From the NCBI RefSeq assembly GCF_009914755.1, contig NC_060947.1: a DNA stretch of 64,000 bases, one strand, 5' to 3'. The position numbers and the translations under genes are program-made. Position 1 is the first letter of the stretch; every line of letters starts with the position of its first letter. Shown one piece after another: positions 12,014 to 25,977 of this stretch. Origin of the DNA: the human T2T-CHM13v2.0 reference genome, Homo sapiens. The notes under the pieces are model-generated. The model saw only the letters and a program-made list of their open reading frames with translations. It ran no database searches and was not told the DNA's origin.

Positions 12014-13049
12014 TTTTTTAAAAAATTTGGCTTACAATGTTTGTTTGCTTGTTTGTTTGACCAAACATTCTATGCCCCTTTTCTATCTGTTTGCTTGCTT
12101 ATACCCTAGCTTATTCCAAAAAGGGTTTAAGGTAGTTTTGCTTAATTTGATATTTAATGTGTCTGATTTATATTAGCATTGCTACCTCTGTAGAACTAAG
12201 ATCCCACCAGACTCTTCTAGGATCACTAGAGTTTGATTGTATGTGAAGCATTCCATCTCCTCCTCAGTCCTCCTTTTCTGGGGCCTATTCTCACTTCATT
12301 TAGAAAGGAAACAGGCACCTCATTGTTGTAGTACCTCAGCCTGATTATACCATATATGAAATAATCACAGTGCTAATCAGGCTGGTTCTGCTGGTCTCAC
12401 TCCTTGACTGCAAATCTCAGCAGCACACAGCAGGGCCTGACAACTTCCATACTGACAACTCCTCCCAGAAAAAAATGCTTACCAATTAACCTTCAGTCAC
12501 AGTGGATCGAAGACTGACATTCATTATTTTAATGAAAATAGTAAGAAAGAACACTATTGAAACACCCGAAGACTAACTCATTATTCTGTTGGATGTTCGG
12601 CTTAGCAAAGTACAAAAAGCAAGCTCAGGGTCAGAAAGACAGGACGCTGGGTGTAAAGGAGAAATAAAGAACAGGTGCCCCCTGCTTCTCATGAACCATC
12701 TCCTAAAGTTTTTGTAACCATTTTCCAGAGAAGAGAATAGAAGTTGCTTGTACCTCAGGAGGGAACTATTTCAAGATGACTGAAGTATAACTGCACATAA
12801 AATGTTACCATGGCTTTCTTCTTAACTTTTCTGTTCCCGTGGCCAGTGATATGTTTCTTCTAGAGGCTTTGCTTTGTTGTTATTCTGCATCTACACTTTA
12901 AACTCAAACTTTTTGGAGCAAAAGTTACTTTATCTATTGATGTATTTGACAGAGTTAATAAATAATCTTCCTTTTTTTCAGGAGTATTGTTGAAATAACA
13001 TAAAATGTCCTCTTCGTTCATGCTTAAGAAATCAAAAATATGTATTGAA

Positions 13050-13162
13050 CCATTCACCTTACACTTATTGAGTGTCTACTATATGCCAGAAACCTCACTA
13101 CATACAATGGATCTAATCATGTATAAGATAGAGGTCTCTGCTTTTGGGAAACTCACTGTTTA
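13050..13162 (-). mobile_element. L2 3' end
   Basis: cattc...ttattgagtgtctactatatgccag...gtctctgcttttgggaaactcac. Confidence 0.7.
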
Positions 13163-14294
13163 AAATCTTGGGGTGGGAGGGGGGATGTGTTTGGTAACAT
13201 GGCCTTTCCTTGCAGGCACTTTATTTGAAATACTTCATACAGGCAAGCCCAGGCCTGAGGAAGGCCTGTGATACTGTTCAGACTTTTCAGCTCTACTTCA
13301 AAGCCCACTTACGCAGGGATGCCAGTCGGATCCACTGCTTTTTTGAATCATGGAAATTAGCTTACAATTGAAATCTAAATCATTAAAAAAGAAAGTAGAA
13401 AAAGACTATGAGATTGGGGCAGGAGGGCATTCAAAAGCTCATGGTAAATCCAAACAATAGACCCCTGCTAGAGTTTAAATGTCTTATTTTGTTCTCTTAA
13501 TTTTTCCTGCATCATTTCAGGATATTTTTTCTTTTCAATTAAACATAAGCATACAGACTAATTCGCAAGAGCCTAAAAGAAATGTGCTCTGGAACCATCT
13601 GGCTCAGTCTAACCTTTTCAAACATTGAGCATTATCTCTTTTGTGTACACAGAACTAGAGGAACTTTCTTCGGGTACAGCCCCAGAGTCTTCCCTGGAGG
13701 CCAGCCCAGACTCAATTTTTGTTGAATAGCTGAGCTGTGATCAGTGGTCTATATATGTGATTTGTGTCTATACTTCCTTACACATTTCTAGAGACACAAG
13801 TCATCCTGGAAGCAGTATATCATCTCTTTGTTTCGGTATTGTAGACAGTGCCAGTCTGGCTATTAGGTGTTATAAAGAGGAGTAACCATGTTCAGTTCCA
13901 AGGTAGGGGAGCGCAGAGGGATTTCCCTGCCTTTCTTTCCTTGCTTCTGTAAGCCTTGATCAGATTTGCTTTTATATAAATCTGTTCTCCAATCCACTTG
14001 AACAGAAAATCAAGCAGGATACACTTTCAGACCTATCACATCTCCTACCTAGGATTTCTAGCATATATGTAATATACATATATTAGAAATATTTAGAATT
14101 TGGAGATCACTCAGTCTCTCTTAAACCAAATGGCATTTGATCTCAAAGCCAACATTTTCAACAGAAGGGATTTGAAGTGATTCATTTATGCATAACATAC
14201 AAGGTCAGAACATGAATTTATACTCAGGTTAGGGTTTGTCTCAGTAATTACAGATTACTGTAATTACTCCCAACAGGACTTAAAATAAAAAACA

Positions 14295-16260
14295 GTTGCA
14301 GTGTAGTGGTTAAGAGAACAAATATTAAAGATGGGCTGTTGGCTTCAAATCATTATCCCTACACATGCTAGCTGTGGCTTTGAGTAAGTTGCCTAAACTC
14401 TCTTTGCTTCAGTTTGTATATTTGTAAATTAGAGTCATTATTTGTCTTCTACCATTACAACACAGCTCACAGGGAATCTTGTCTTATTTGCTGTTTCTCA
14501 AATGCACTGTGCCTGTTAACAGGGCAGATGCTTAAGATTTCTTGAATGAAGAGAGCCTAACTACCGAACTTGGGTTACATGAGGATTAAATAAATGTACA
14601 TACAGAAAGTGGTAGTGCCTGTTATGCTGTAAACCACCAAAACATGGCAAGTGACTATTATTATCATTATTATACCCTCAAACTTGAATAGGAATGAGCA
14701 GGCTTCCCCACCTGCTAAATTTGGAAGCTCCATCATAAGCTTTCTCAAACAAACATGTGTTCTGATTGAAATATGTTACTTATTGAGGATACATTATGTG
14801 TCAGACATGGTGCTAGATGCTTTGTGGTATTTCATATAATCCTTTTAGTAACAGTTGGAGAGACCTGTTATCTTTATCTTACAGAAGACAATATAGAAGT
14901 GGTCTGCATTTGCAGCAAACGTTGTGGGGAATGCAGAAATTTGTGAGATGCATATTGTTTGCCCTTAAAAACATGAGATAGTTACAATAATTACCTTTTG
15001 GGGCTGTTGTAAGGTTTGAATGAGAAAGTAAACTCCATCTACTATGTACCATACCAGGGACATAGTAAATGCTCAATAAATCTTAACAATAAGGATGAGG
15101 ATGATGTCAATGATGACTGATTGTGAAGATCATGATGTTGGCATGATGTAAGGGAGGAATAACAATGAAAAGATGGGATGAGAACAGAGCATCTTTCTTG
15201 AGAGCCTAGGGACTCTGGCCTGAAGCAAGGAATCAACTGACTTGCCATTTGATTTCCCTTTCCTGTGGGGCAGTTATAGTATTTCTATTAGGAGAGATAT
15301 CCAAAATCCATGTAATCAATGCTAGATATAACAGGAAGAGGAAATGCTTATGCTCTTGACCTGCATAATGACTATGGGACACGTTTTACCCTCTTTCAAT
15401 TGAAGGTCAAAATTGAACTTTTAAAAAATTCTTAATTTTTTTTTCCAATCTATTAGTTTACATATTATGACTAATTTTTTTTCTTGCTCAGTTTTAACAA
15501 GGTGGGGATTTGGGAATAGAGTTAATTACAAAGAAATACACATTTATCACCATATTGTAACACTCTAGGTAGCGCTTAAAGATTAAATTTTTTTAAATTA
15601 ATATATGACACTTTGTCTTTCCAGACAAAAGAGAAGGTTCAAGGTTTAGAGGAAAGGGAATCGAGCTTGAGGTTGCAAGGGTTCCTTAAATAGAAAATGA
15701 CCCAATGAAATTGGGTAAGTTAGTCAGCATTTAGAGCTTTAATTTCCTAACTTTTCAAAATGTAGTTTATAATCAAAATACTGCATATTTGTGTGCAGTG
15801 TAGCCATACTTGTGCTCTTCTTTTGTTCTTTACGATGACCCTGAAAGGAGTTGGGCAGGCATTATTATACTAGCTTAACAATGAGGAAACTGAGTTTCAG
15901 AAAGGTTAAATAAATGTCCAAGGTCACATACACAGCTAGTAAAGGTTACATCCAGAGCTCAAAACCTTGTTTTCTATTTCACATACAATGTTTTCTTTAC
16001 ATTACACACACAAGTGCTCCAGGAAGAAACGTGATGAGTGGAAAAGGCTGTCTCACCAAGAAGCTGTGTAATATTGCACAAGTTACATTCCTTCTCTGTG
16101 CCTTCTTTTCTTTACTCATAAAGTGAGAGACATAATTAATTTTTGCAAAGTCTCCACAGAGCATGCTTTATCATCATTTTCATAAATAAGGGAACCTAAG
16201 CAGATAAAAGTAACCTGCTTTGCTTAACATCACATAGAAAGCAATAGAGAGAGGCTGCTT
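14295..16260. mobile_element. Cluster of MIR remnants (both strands) with an L2 fragment
   Basis: gcagtgtagtggttaagag (14298); ttattgaggatacattatgtgtcag (14781); catagtaaatgctcaataaa (15061); atgaggaaactgag...gtccaaggtcacatacacagctagtaa (15881). Confidence 0.7.
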
Positions 16261-16739
16261 CCATCTCCAGAATGATGTAACTTTTGCCTAGCAAGGGGTA
16301 ATTATCTACATAGTTCAAAAGAGGAAAGAAAGAAATGAATATATTTTTACATGCTAGGATGCATAGTGAAGTCTACTTCCATGGTATAATAACAGGTAAA
16401 GAGGAGAAATTTCCTACTGCCCCAAAATTCACAAAAATCTCTATCTTTGGAAGTCTACTAAGTGATGACAAGGGTGATAGATTACTCCAATTATGCTACC
16501 AAACATTGGTTCTTGCCAACATTTTCCTAAGAGCCATATTCAAGTATCTGAAAAGGGGGAACTTGTAGATAATTTTGTTGATTTTCGTGGACTGTGTACT
16601 TTATTCCTACACTTAGGATTAGCGATGATGTTGCTAATAATGGAGATGATTGCTAATGAATAATCCATGCATGCTGTTGAATTGGCAACCACAAGGCAAA
16701 CTTTTTAAATTTTATCTTTAATTAGCTTTTCCTCTGAAC

Positions 16740-18495
16740 ACATACTGTGCATTCTCTATGCCTAGAAAACCACTCCCCTGATGACATTTGCACCCAATCT
16801 TTCCCTAGTTAATTTCCTTCATCCTTCCTGTCTCAGTTCAATAATGACTCTCCTCCAGAAAACCTTTCCTAAGGTTTATGCTAGTTCTCCTCTTAAGTAG
16901 AAATCCGTTGTTTTTACCAACACAACAATGATTCTGCTTCAGAGAAATATGGCTTGGTTTTCTTTGAAAGAACTTTTCCCCCACGCATGTAGTGTTGAGA
17001 GGGCTATCAATCAAGGCCACTCTTCTTTCCTAACCAAGTAATGGAAATTTGACCTGCACTAGGCCACTCTGACTCTCCCTCACAGGAATTTGTACCTTGT
17101 GCAGCATTGCAAAGATGGAAAATCGAGCCAATTCATCTGACAACCCTGTCCATTAATCCGTGCTCCCTGGATGCCTGAAGCTGCTCTACTACTTGTTTCT
17201 CAGACTCCTGGTTTATCAGCTATTCCTTCTTTACAGCCTTACATACTTTGAATTTTTACTCATGTTAATCCAAATAACCTAATCATACATCCCTGTTACA
17301 CTTATTTCATTTTGTAAGTGTATATTTTGGCTGATTATTTGGTTAATGTTGGTCACCATCACTGGGCTGTGAGCTCCTGGAGAGCAAAATTATATCCTCA
17401 ATTCTTAGAATAGTATTTAGCACTTTCCAGTAACTTAATACAATTTTATTTTATTTAGTGGATGAACGAATGGAATTTCAGGTTCTGATTGCTCTCTACT
17501 CTTTCTTAGGATGGGGATTCTCCGCCAGCACATGCCATCAATACTTCCTTTTCTAAAGTCTCATATTTTGGGCCTTTTTTTTTTTTTTTTCAATCTCTTG
17601 CTTTCCCTCCTCTTCTTGCCATCTCCTTGTCCCCTCCCCTTCTCTCTCTTCCCAGTCTCCAATTATGCTGATGTCTTCAGGACTGGGTTTCTCCCTTGTC
17701 ATAAAACTCTACTTTGACCATCTTTTACTTTCAGGAAAAATTTCCAAGGTCTTTCATGATCTTAAGCCTGATTGCTTCTGTTGTCACATATCCTGCCTTA
17801 GCCACACTTGTCTTTTCGATCTGGGCAGGCAGAACTCTTACAGTTCTTGGATGCACCAAACTCCCTTATATCCTTGCCCTTTTGAAATAACAACTGTCAG
17901 CTCTTCCTGCAGTGACTTTTATCTTCCTCTGTTCCTCAGTTCTCAGCCCTAAAGTTTCTTCCTCCATGAAGCTTCCCCCCACCACAACGTCCACCTTTGC
18001 CTAATCTTGGACTAGTTTGGATAACCTGCCTTTGTGTTCCTAAAGCTCCTTCTCTACCACTTTATTCTTACATTTGTTATTTATTTTATTTTTAAATTTT
18101 TCTGTTGTTTTACCCTCTCCTTTTAAACTGAGCCTCTTAAGGGCAGAGACCTAAAATTTTTCCCTGTATCTCCTCAGAGCCCAGCATGATACCTGGAATA
18201 CAGCAAGTGTTCTGCAAATGTTAAAAAAAAAAATTAATAAATAAAAGATTGACTCATCCTCCTAGCTGAACTCTTTTCACCGCAGTTTTAGTGTCACACT
18301 TGTAATCCTCTTATAGTTTTTATTGATTTCAACTTTTCGTTATAGATATCTGTATACATGTCTTATTTCTATGGTTTTTATACCTTAAAAGTAGAGCCTA
18401 CTTCTTTATCTATAAATGTATTCTGCAGCATCTGGCATACTTCCTGGCCTATAATGGGTGCACAACAATTACCTGTTGAAAAAACATGAATAATG
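16740..18495 (+). mobile_element. Several L2 3' fragments, one interrupted by a probable old LTR piece (about 16930-17290)
   Basis: L2 tails ctgtgagctcctggagagca (17368), gagcctcttaagggcagagacc...cccagcatgatacctgg (18130), gcatctggcatac...tgttgaa (18428). Confidence 0.6.
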
Positions 18496-20026
18496 AATCA
18501 AGCCATACTAGTGATATGGTATATTAAAATGTATAGATGAAATAGTCACATTTCATAAATAGTTTTTAAGATGACAGTGACTTATTTCTAAAGGAATGAA
18601 TCCCAAACATGGAGTTTCAGATCGGTTAAGACAGAAATGAGAGGATGGAAAGCCTTTCATGATACTTCTCAAATTTTATTACATTAGCAACTATAATTTC
18701 ACCCTAAATAAGTCCAGCCAGCCTTAAAATTAGATAGTTAACTGAAATATTAGGCTATTTAGTAGTATGCAGACTACAGGATCTACAGTATGACATCAGA
18801 TACTTCTTAGAATAATACAATACTACTGATTCAATATATATATTTCAATGACACTCTGGATGAAAACAAAAAGTCTTTTTTTTATCAGAACACATAGGTG
18901 TAAATCCCTAGTTTTCTTTAAATGACAGAGGGATGAGGAAGACAAGTACAAGACTGCACAGGCACATTTATGCTACTCTACCATGAATAGCTAAATCTTT
19001 GTGGTGGCCTCATGTTTGGTTTGTTAGAAGATGAGGTTTGTTAGTATAATGTCAGATCAGAGAGAGAGAGAGAGGTTTAGTAATGCACAATGCATTTCTT
19101 TGTAGAGTTTTTGATGGTGAGATTCTTTCCTAATTCAACTTGAATAAGCAAAACTTTCTAGAAGGTATAAGATTAAAATGAGAGATAAAGAAAGAGAAGG
19201 TGGTAACTTGGACTTGGACCTTGTTTTTAAACAGTATTAAAATAATACAATCACAGGCATGCTAGCAAAGCAAGACCAAGTTTAATGGGAATTGAGTTTA
19301 AATACCTAGTTGCAATTCCCCTTTATACCAAAAGGCCAGCAGTTCACATCCCAAATTCAGATAATCACTTTTTGCACAATGTTACTAGTGGCTGTGATTT
19401 GATATGGGATGAAACAGAAATAGATCTTGAATAAACTTTTTAGGTTCAGGATGGTGCACATACCATCATCAATGATTCCAGATGTTTCAATATATCTGTT
19501 TTGCTTGAATACACTCCCCAAAGTGTGAATCTTCTGAATTTACTCCTCAAATGCTTGTCAATCTTGTTAATCTCACACACCTCACCTAGAAAGTGGCTTA
19601 TCAAAACTAACCCCAGAGATTCTCCATCAGTTCTTCTTTCTCTTCTTTCTCTGTCTCCCTGTCTGTGTCTATGCTCTTTTTCTCTCTCCCTCATTTTTAA
19701 TACTTTGGGAGGAACATAAACTTTATGCTAATAGAAAGAGCCTGTACTGAGAATCAGGGGAATTGGAATCTACCTCCAAAACTGCAGATATGTAATGTAT
19801 ATGAATTTTTCAAAGAATCATAGATATCCTGCAGGAAAGATATTTAGTCCAACATCTCTCACATTTATTTGATAACGTAGCCTTTTTCCCTCAAAACCAC
19901 TATTGGACATCATGAAAAACAACTGCAGAGACATTGATTATAATATTCTAAAAATCACTGCATGTAAAAAGTGTTTGAAAATGTTTGTGATATTTAATCT
20001 TGGAAAAGAAGAGACTTGGGAAGTTG

Positions 20027-20047
20027 TATGTGTGTGTGTGTGTGTGT
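20027..20047. repeat. (TG)n microsatellite
   Basis: tgtgtgtgtgtgtgtgtgt. Confidence 0.9.
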
Positions 20048-20444
20048 CTATGTATTAATACATAATACATATATATGTACAGTATATTTTTTTAATTAAG
20101 AGATTTCAATTTACTGTGTGCCATTGTACAACATACCAAAAACAGCCAAGAAGATGTTGTAGGATATCTGTTTTGGTCAATTTGTCACAGAGGTTAGATT
20201 ATATCTAAAATATCTTCCAACTCTAAAACTGGATGATTTTGTAAATAATTAGCATATGGTTTTTTCTTTGAATTTTCATATTTCATTTTAATCTCAGATG
20301 TGTTCCTACATGGAGACAAAGAAGAGACTTCCATCATGATCTAATTCAAGGGGTAGAATTACTGCCTTAACCCCGACCCCTATCATTAAAAATACTTTTC
20401 CTTCCATCTTGCCACTTAGCCTCAAATAGTAGTAGGTCTCACAG

Positions 20445-20670
20445 TGATATATGAGGATGGAGTTTTGGAGATAGAAAGACCCAATTCTGAATCTTGGCTT
20501 TGGTTCTTCCTATCTTTGCTATTTCAGACAACTTACTTAGGCTCTTTGAAACTCAATTTACTCATCTATAAACTGTGGATTATAAGGATTAGAGTTAATA
20601 CATCTAAAGCAGCCACTATATTGTTAACCTTCAGTAGGTGCAAAATGGAAGATGGTTATTGCTATTTCTT
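20445..20670 (+). mobile_element. MIR
   Basis: ttttggagatagaaagacccaattctgaatcttggc...aactcaatttactcatctataaactg. Confidence 0.7.
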
Positions 20671-22134
20671 TCTGTTAAGTTACTGTTTTCTTCATAAGTT
20701 ATCTGTTAAAATTCAAATAGTCTTGAGAGCAACACGTTTGAACATTATCAACCATTATTACTGCAGTCCAAGTAAATGAGTCAGATATTTGAGCACAGGA
20801 GAGATATGTTTTGCTCAGTGGAATGGTGGAGGTAGGACAGAGAAGCCTGAGAAGCAAGGGAAGTTACTGAAAGATCAGGTAGGGACCACTGAAAATAAAT
20901 ATTTCTTGGGGCCATCTCTGATCAACCTCTTTGAATTCTGGAGAGCTAAGAAAAATAGAGGCTAAAAAATAATTCACAACTGGGAAAACACAGATACTTA
21001 CCTCTGATCCCTTGTTTAGCCCTGCTCCTGGGACTAAACAATGGACCAGAAAGAGAAATAGCAATGGAAAACAACCATCATTTCAGTAACACAGTAAAAT
21101 TTTTTTTCAAAAAAGATATTAATCCCTATATTATAATTTATGCTTAAATACCTAAAATGAATTATATACTATTCTCTAGTCAAAATGAATTTAATAGCTT
21201 TCTAGTTAACTGGTAATTCCACCCTCTCCCCCAGGGGCAGAAAACATGTCACTATGTTTAACCTTTTTAATGTTTTTAACCCTCTCGCTATCTTTAAAGA
21301 GAGATAAGCTTTCATTTTACATTTTTAAATGCTATGTATCTGGTTTACACACCATAATACAACTCTCTATGCACCAAAACTGCTTTGACAAATGGAAATT
21401 TGAATGGTAAGGGCCTTTTAGCAAAAATCCACATTTTAGAAATAATTCCCTACAAGCATTGTACATTTTCTAAATAAGATATGTGCCACCACAGGCAAGG
21501 TTAGATTGCCCTTATCTTATGGAGCTCAGCAGAGTTTCCATTTTTTGAATAGCATCAGATAAGCAGTCTGTAAAGGCTCTACAACACTTCATTCAGTGGC
21601 AGTATTTCCACAAATGTGTAGCTACATGCAGGGCACGACAGGTTGGAAAAATTGAAATTGCATTAAAAAAATCTGCCACAGAATTTCTATATTCGTTGTA
21701 ACTGATATCACCACCTGGAGGGTTCAAATAGGTAATAAACCTATTTGAGCAAAGGCATAGCAAATACTTCTGTAAGGAGAAAAGAGCTCTGTGAGGGAGC
21801 CCACAAGGCTTCAGGCAATTCTCATGTAGCAAAATCCCACTTAAAACAAACCTCCCCTTTCTCTTGGGATCTCCTATAATCCTGGAATTAGATGGATCAG
21901 TACTGGCTGTGGTTGCTCTTTGCTCAGAGAATTTGCTCAGGTTGTATGGGGCTCATTCTGTTTTCCCTCAAATTTCAAAATTGAGTGTTGAGAACATTTT
22001 ACTTATTAATGAATTTCTCAAGGTGGTCTTTGATCCATGATTCTACTTTGTATTCTCCAGGGGCAAATTTTAACCTCGAAAGCCTTAATTTCATCAGTTT
22101 GGAATGAACAATGTAAATTTTGCCTCTAGTGTCT

Positions 22135-22280
22135 CTCATCTATCAGACTGTGAGCTTTTCTGGGACATGGATATGGCCTATTTTTCCTTCATATCCCTCC
22201 TCTCTAGCATAGTGCCCAATATCATAAAGGTTGAATAAATATTTGTAGAATGAATGAATGAAGGAAGGAATGAATGAATG
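22135..22280 (+). mobile_element. L2 3' end with (GAAT)n tail
   Basis: agactgtgagc...tctagcatagtgcc...aataaatatttgtagaatgaatgaatg. Confidence 0.8.
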
Positions 22281-25064
22281 GCATAAAGTACTAAGGAATA
22301 TGGCTAGCATGTAAGAGCTCACCTGCCTGTTTACTGCTGTATGGAATTAGCTTATGCAGGGTACTCTACACAAATGATCACTTATAAACTTTTGGGAAAA
22401 ACTTACATGTTGATTTTAGTCTATACAAACAAAGATATCCCTTTAGTTTTTCCAAATGTCTCCTCTCTTTCAAAATTCTTTTGTGAAAACGATGGGGCAA
22501 ATGAAAACACTCTTGTCTTCCTGTGATTAAAATTTTAAAGAAAAAGCATGGTATTTTCCCAAAAGGATTCTTGACTTTGAAATCTCCTTGCTCCACTTAC
22601 TGCTAAAACTTTGGTTTATTGACCTGTTACAAGGTCTATCAATGTTAATTTTACTTACACTGGGTAAACAGGAAGTATTTTCATTTGTTAAATGGTTGTC
22701 TAATGTGTCTGTATCATATAAAGAAGTACAAACTATTTTAATGGGAATTTCTCAAATACATGAGCTATAAATATAGTACATTAAGCAGATATAAATACAA
22801 TGCATTTTTCATAAATTCAAAAGATTTGAGAGTCAGGAAGATTTAAATTATAAATGCAATTTTTTGTCTTCCATCTTAAAACCTCCAAGAAACCTACAAC
22901 ATTTAACTCTTATCCTATTCCTTTAAGATGGAGGAGGAGGAAGATATTAAAAAGAGTCTCTGTTCTGCCTTCTAAGATCATTACTTTATTTTCCAGAAGT
23001 GTATCCTATTCCGGTAAGACAGATATGTCCCATTGATCTTAGAAATATGTTGTTCCATGGCTGCAATTTCTTTCTCTGAAATCATCCTCTGGCATTTTAA
23101 ATTTATTACCAATTGGCTGGTGCAGTGTGGTTTTCAGTTGCTGAAAATTTAGAGTCCATTACAAAAGTGAGGTTTGGAGTAATTTCCTGTTGTATGTTTG
23201 GTGCCAAAGTTGCCACAAACTGATTTTTTTATCACTCTTTTGGCTGCTGATCCCAATGGGAAAATCAGTACTTTTATTTGCACAGATCTGATACAAAGAA
23301 TGCTATCTATAGACATCCTTTGTCAAAGTTGTAATCATCTGTTTCGTAAGAGAGAAATTTGAGACAGAAACATTAAAATGCACCTGAAAAAATCAACAGT
23401 GGAAATCTGAGTTCATTCTGTTTGATGGCTTCCTCTGCTCCTAGACCTTAAGGCAAGGTCACTGTTGCTGTTGTCATGGGAATCTGGGTCATGGGGAACA
23501 AAACTCAAACCCATTTTTTAACAGGATAAGAAAAAGAATTTTCCCCTGAAGCAAATTATTCATTTTTCTTAAACACTCACAACCATAGGACTAGTTAGTG
23601 GTCTAGTCCCAAAGGGGAAATGATTTTTAACAGATGAAAGCTCAGAAGACATCTCCTTCACCAAGAAAAAGCAAAGCAACTCATGATCTATTAAGTAAAA
23701 GGTTAATTTTTATTAGTGACAAAGTTACTTATGAAAGCTACAATAAACCTGTACAACAACAGTGTCTTCCTCTTGGTTTTTCAACTAGCATTTTAATTAT
23801 AACAGGGTAATGGCACCAGGTGTTTCAGAGATTGGTGGAATCAGATTGAGTCTGACTGTCCACTAAAAACCATGCTCTCTGAAAGTAAAAGGAACAATCC
23901 TTTACCTCACCATGCTCTTCTAGGGATGGACCTATGCCCAAATTGCTTTTCAAAGTGTTTGGGCATGTAATGAACTCCAGTACCATTTGGTAAGTTTGAT
24001 GATGTCCTCAGTTTGCACATACGGTTTTAACACCCCTTTTCTCTTTTCAACGAAAGTACTGTAACAGTTTTCCGTGCACTAAATTGGATACTAAAATAAA
24101 TCAGGTCTTATATCTATGAAAATATGTGTACATGCTTACATTTCTTATATTCTGTATTTCATTATACAAAAACATCTGAAAAAATCAATTTCTTCTTCAC
24201 CTGCCCATCAAGAGTCAGATTAAGGATTTATAAGAATTGATGACAGCGCTTGCAAAGCATGCAGCACTCCCTGACTGCTCCTTTCCCTTCAGTTCTTTCA
24301 GAGCAGAGCTAGAATACTGATTGAGAATTTCTTCTGTTCTGTGAAGGAAATTTACTTTTAAATGTTCTCCTTTAAAATGTGAATGTGATTATCATTATAC
24401 AAATGTATGTGGCATTACTGGCATATTTAAGTTTCAGCACATAATGCACACTCCTGATTTAGAAACTTAAATAGTTTATTTTTTAAGAGCTTTCCATTTC
24501 ACCTTTAAGCTTGTGTTACATAAGCTTAATGGACTCACTCAGCTCCGTGATGGGGAGAATCCACCAGGTGAATGGCAGTAAGCTCATGAGCTTTGAAGGG
24601 CTTATTTTGCCAGATTGCAACTCCAACTTACTGTTTGGAGTAGCACTAGTCTGCATGCACTGATTACAACACCGCAAAGCTCTGATAATATTTATTTCAG
24701 AATGAAAATGTCTTTTGCCTCCATCCTCCTCCTTTCTTTTTGCATAAATACAGTAAGTTAAGCTTTAACTAAGGTGATGCTTGAATTAAACTGACAAATC
24801 CAACTGCCTGAAATTTAGGATTGCATTTATGGATTTCATCTACAGTATATCAGCATCAAAATGTCAGAGACAGTGAGTCACAGCCAGGAGAAGTTTTTAT
24901 GAGTTTTGGAACTTTCAGTTCATGTCATTGTTGTGTTATCTGGCACTGGTCAGAGCAGCAGGACTGATGAGGATGGTGAGACTTAAATTTAGTACTTAAA
25001 TATTCCTTCAAAGTAGAGATTTACTCTGGCATATGGGAGGAATAAAGCATATCTTTAAGAGGAG

Positions 25065-25088
25065 TGTGTGTATGTGTGTGTGTGTGTG
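25065..25088. repeat. (TG)n microsatellite
   Basis: tgtgtgtatgtgtgtgtgtgtgtg. Confidence 0.9.
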
Positions 25089-25898
25089 CTTTTCAAAGAA
25101 AAAGTAAAACGCTAGTGAGACAGATTGAACCAGAATCCATTTTAGCAAAATGATACAATAGTCCTTGCTTTGAGGACTCAAATGACAAAGCCTTCAGTTA
25201 ATATTAGGAGAAATATTAATGAGATATCTTCTGAGAAGATATTCTTGAGAATACAAGTTCTGCTAATTAATTATGCATCATTTTTCAAAATAGTATTTAA
25301 ATTTTTTTTCATGATGAAGGATCACACTTGGTTTATGAAATAAATAGCAAACAACTATTTAGAAAGCAACTCTAGATTTGAGACTCTGCCATCTTCTGCT
25401 AGAGTCAGATTCATGGCAGCCTTTCAATGAAGGCCTCTGTAAAGTCATCCTGTGGAGGAGGCTGAGCTCTCTACTGCAGCCTTACTTGAGTGAGAATACC
25501 ACTGTGGGTACAACCTAACAGTACAAAATAACTACTGTCAATATCACGTTAGAGTCCTGGGGAAATATTTCACCTCTTCTTCTTAGAACCATGAAAACTA
25601 TACTGGAAATTAAATGGACAAACCTCAGATGAGTAATTCTGAGAGATGGGGGTGGTCTTGGCATTTCCTTCCCAGAATGGTGCTGAAGAGTAATCAGCAT
25701 TCCATTGAAACATTCTGTTCCATTCCTTGGCCCCACAGCTTCCCAATCTTACTTCCTTTTTCTTTTCCTCTCCTCTTCTTCTCCCCAGCCAAAAAAAGAA
25801 ACTGGAAATGTTTGGGTAGGGAAACACTAAATTGTAGATAATGGTGATAGGGGAAATTATTCATTTTCATTTTCCCAACTTAAATGTTCTTGACTCAC

Positions 25899-25977
25899 CA
25901 TTAAGGCCATAAAACAAAACCAAGTAGAACAAAGCAAACCCCCACTGCCAAGACGATAATCTCATTTAATTAAGCTC
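25899..25977 (-). other. Candidate spliced exon with ATG and signal-peptide-like frame MRLSSWQWGFALFYLVLFYGLN
   Basis: Minus strand: cttttctttttgaaatAG|GAGCTTAATTAAATGAGA...CTTAATG|GTGAGT; no transcript evidence available. Confidence 0.3.

Noticed and set aside
23270-23400. Minus-strand acceptor-like sites followed by AATAAA (possible terminal exon)
   Set aside because: Frames examined close quickly and nothing links it to other exons.
25372-25470. Resemblance of FTEAF...QKMA to VIP/PACAP-family peptides
   Set aside because: Spacing does not match and the N-terminal HSD motif is absent; no family assignment made.
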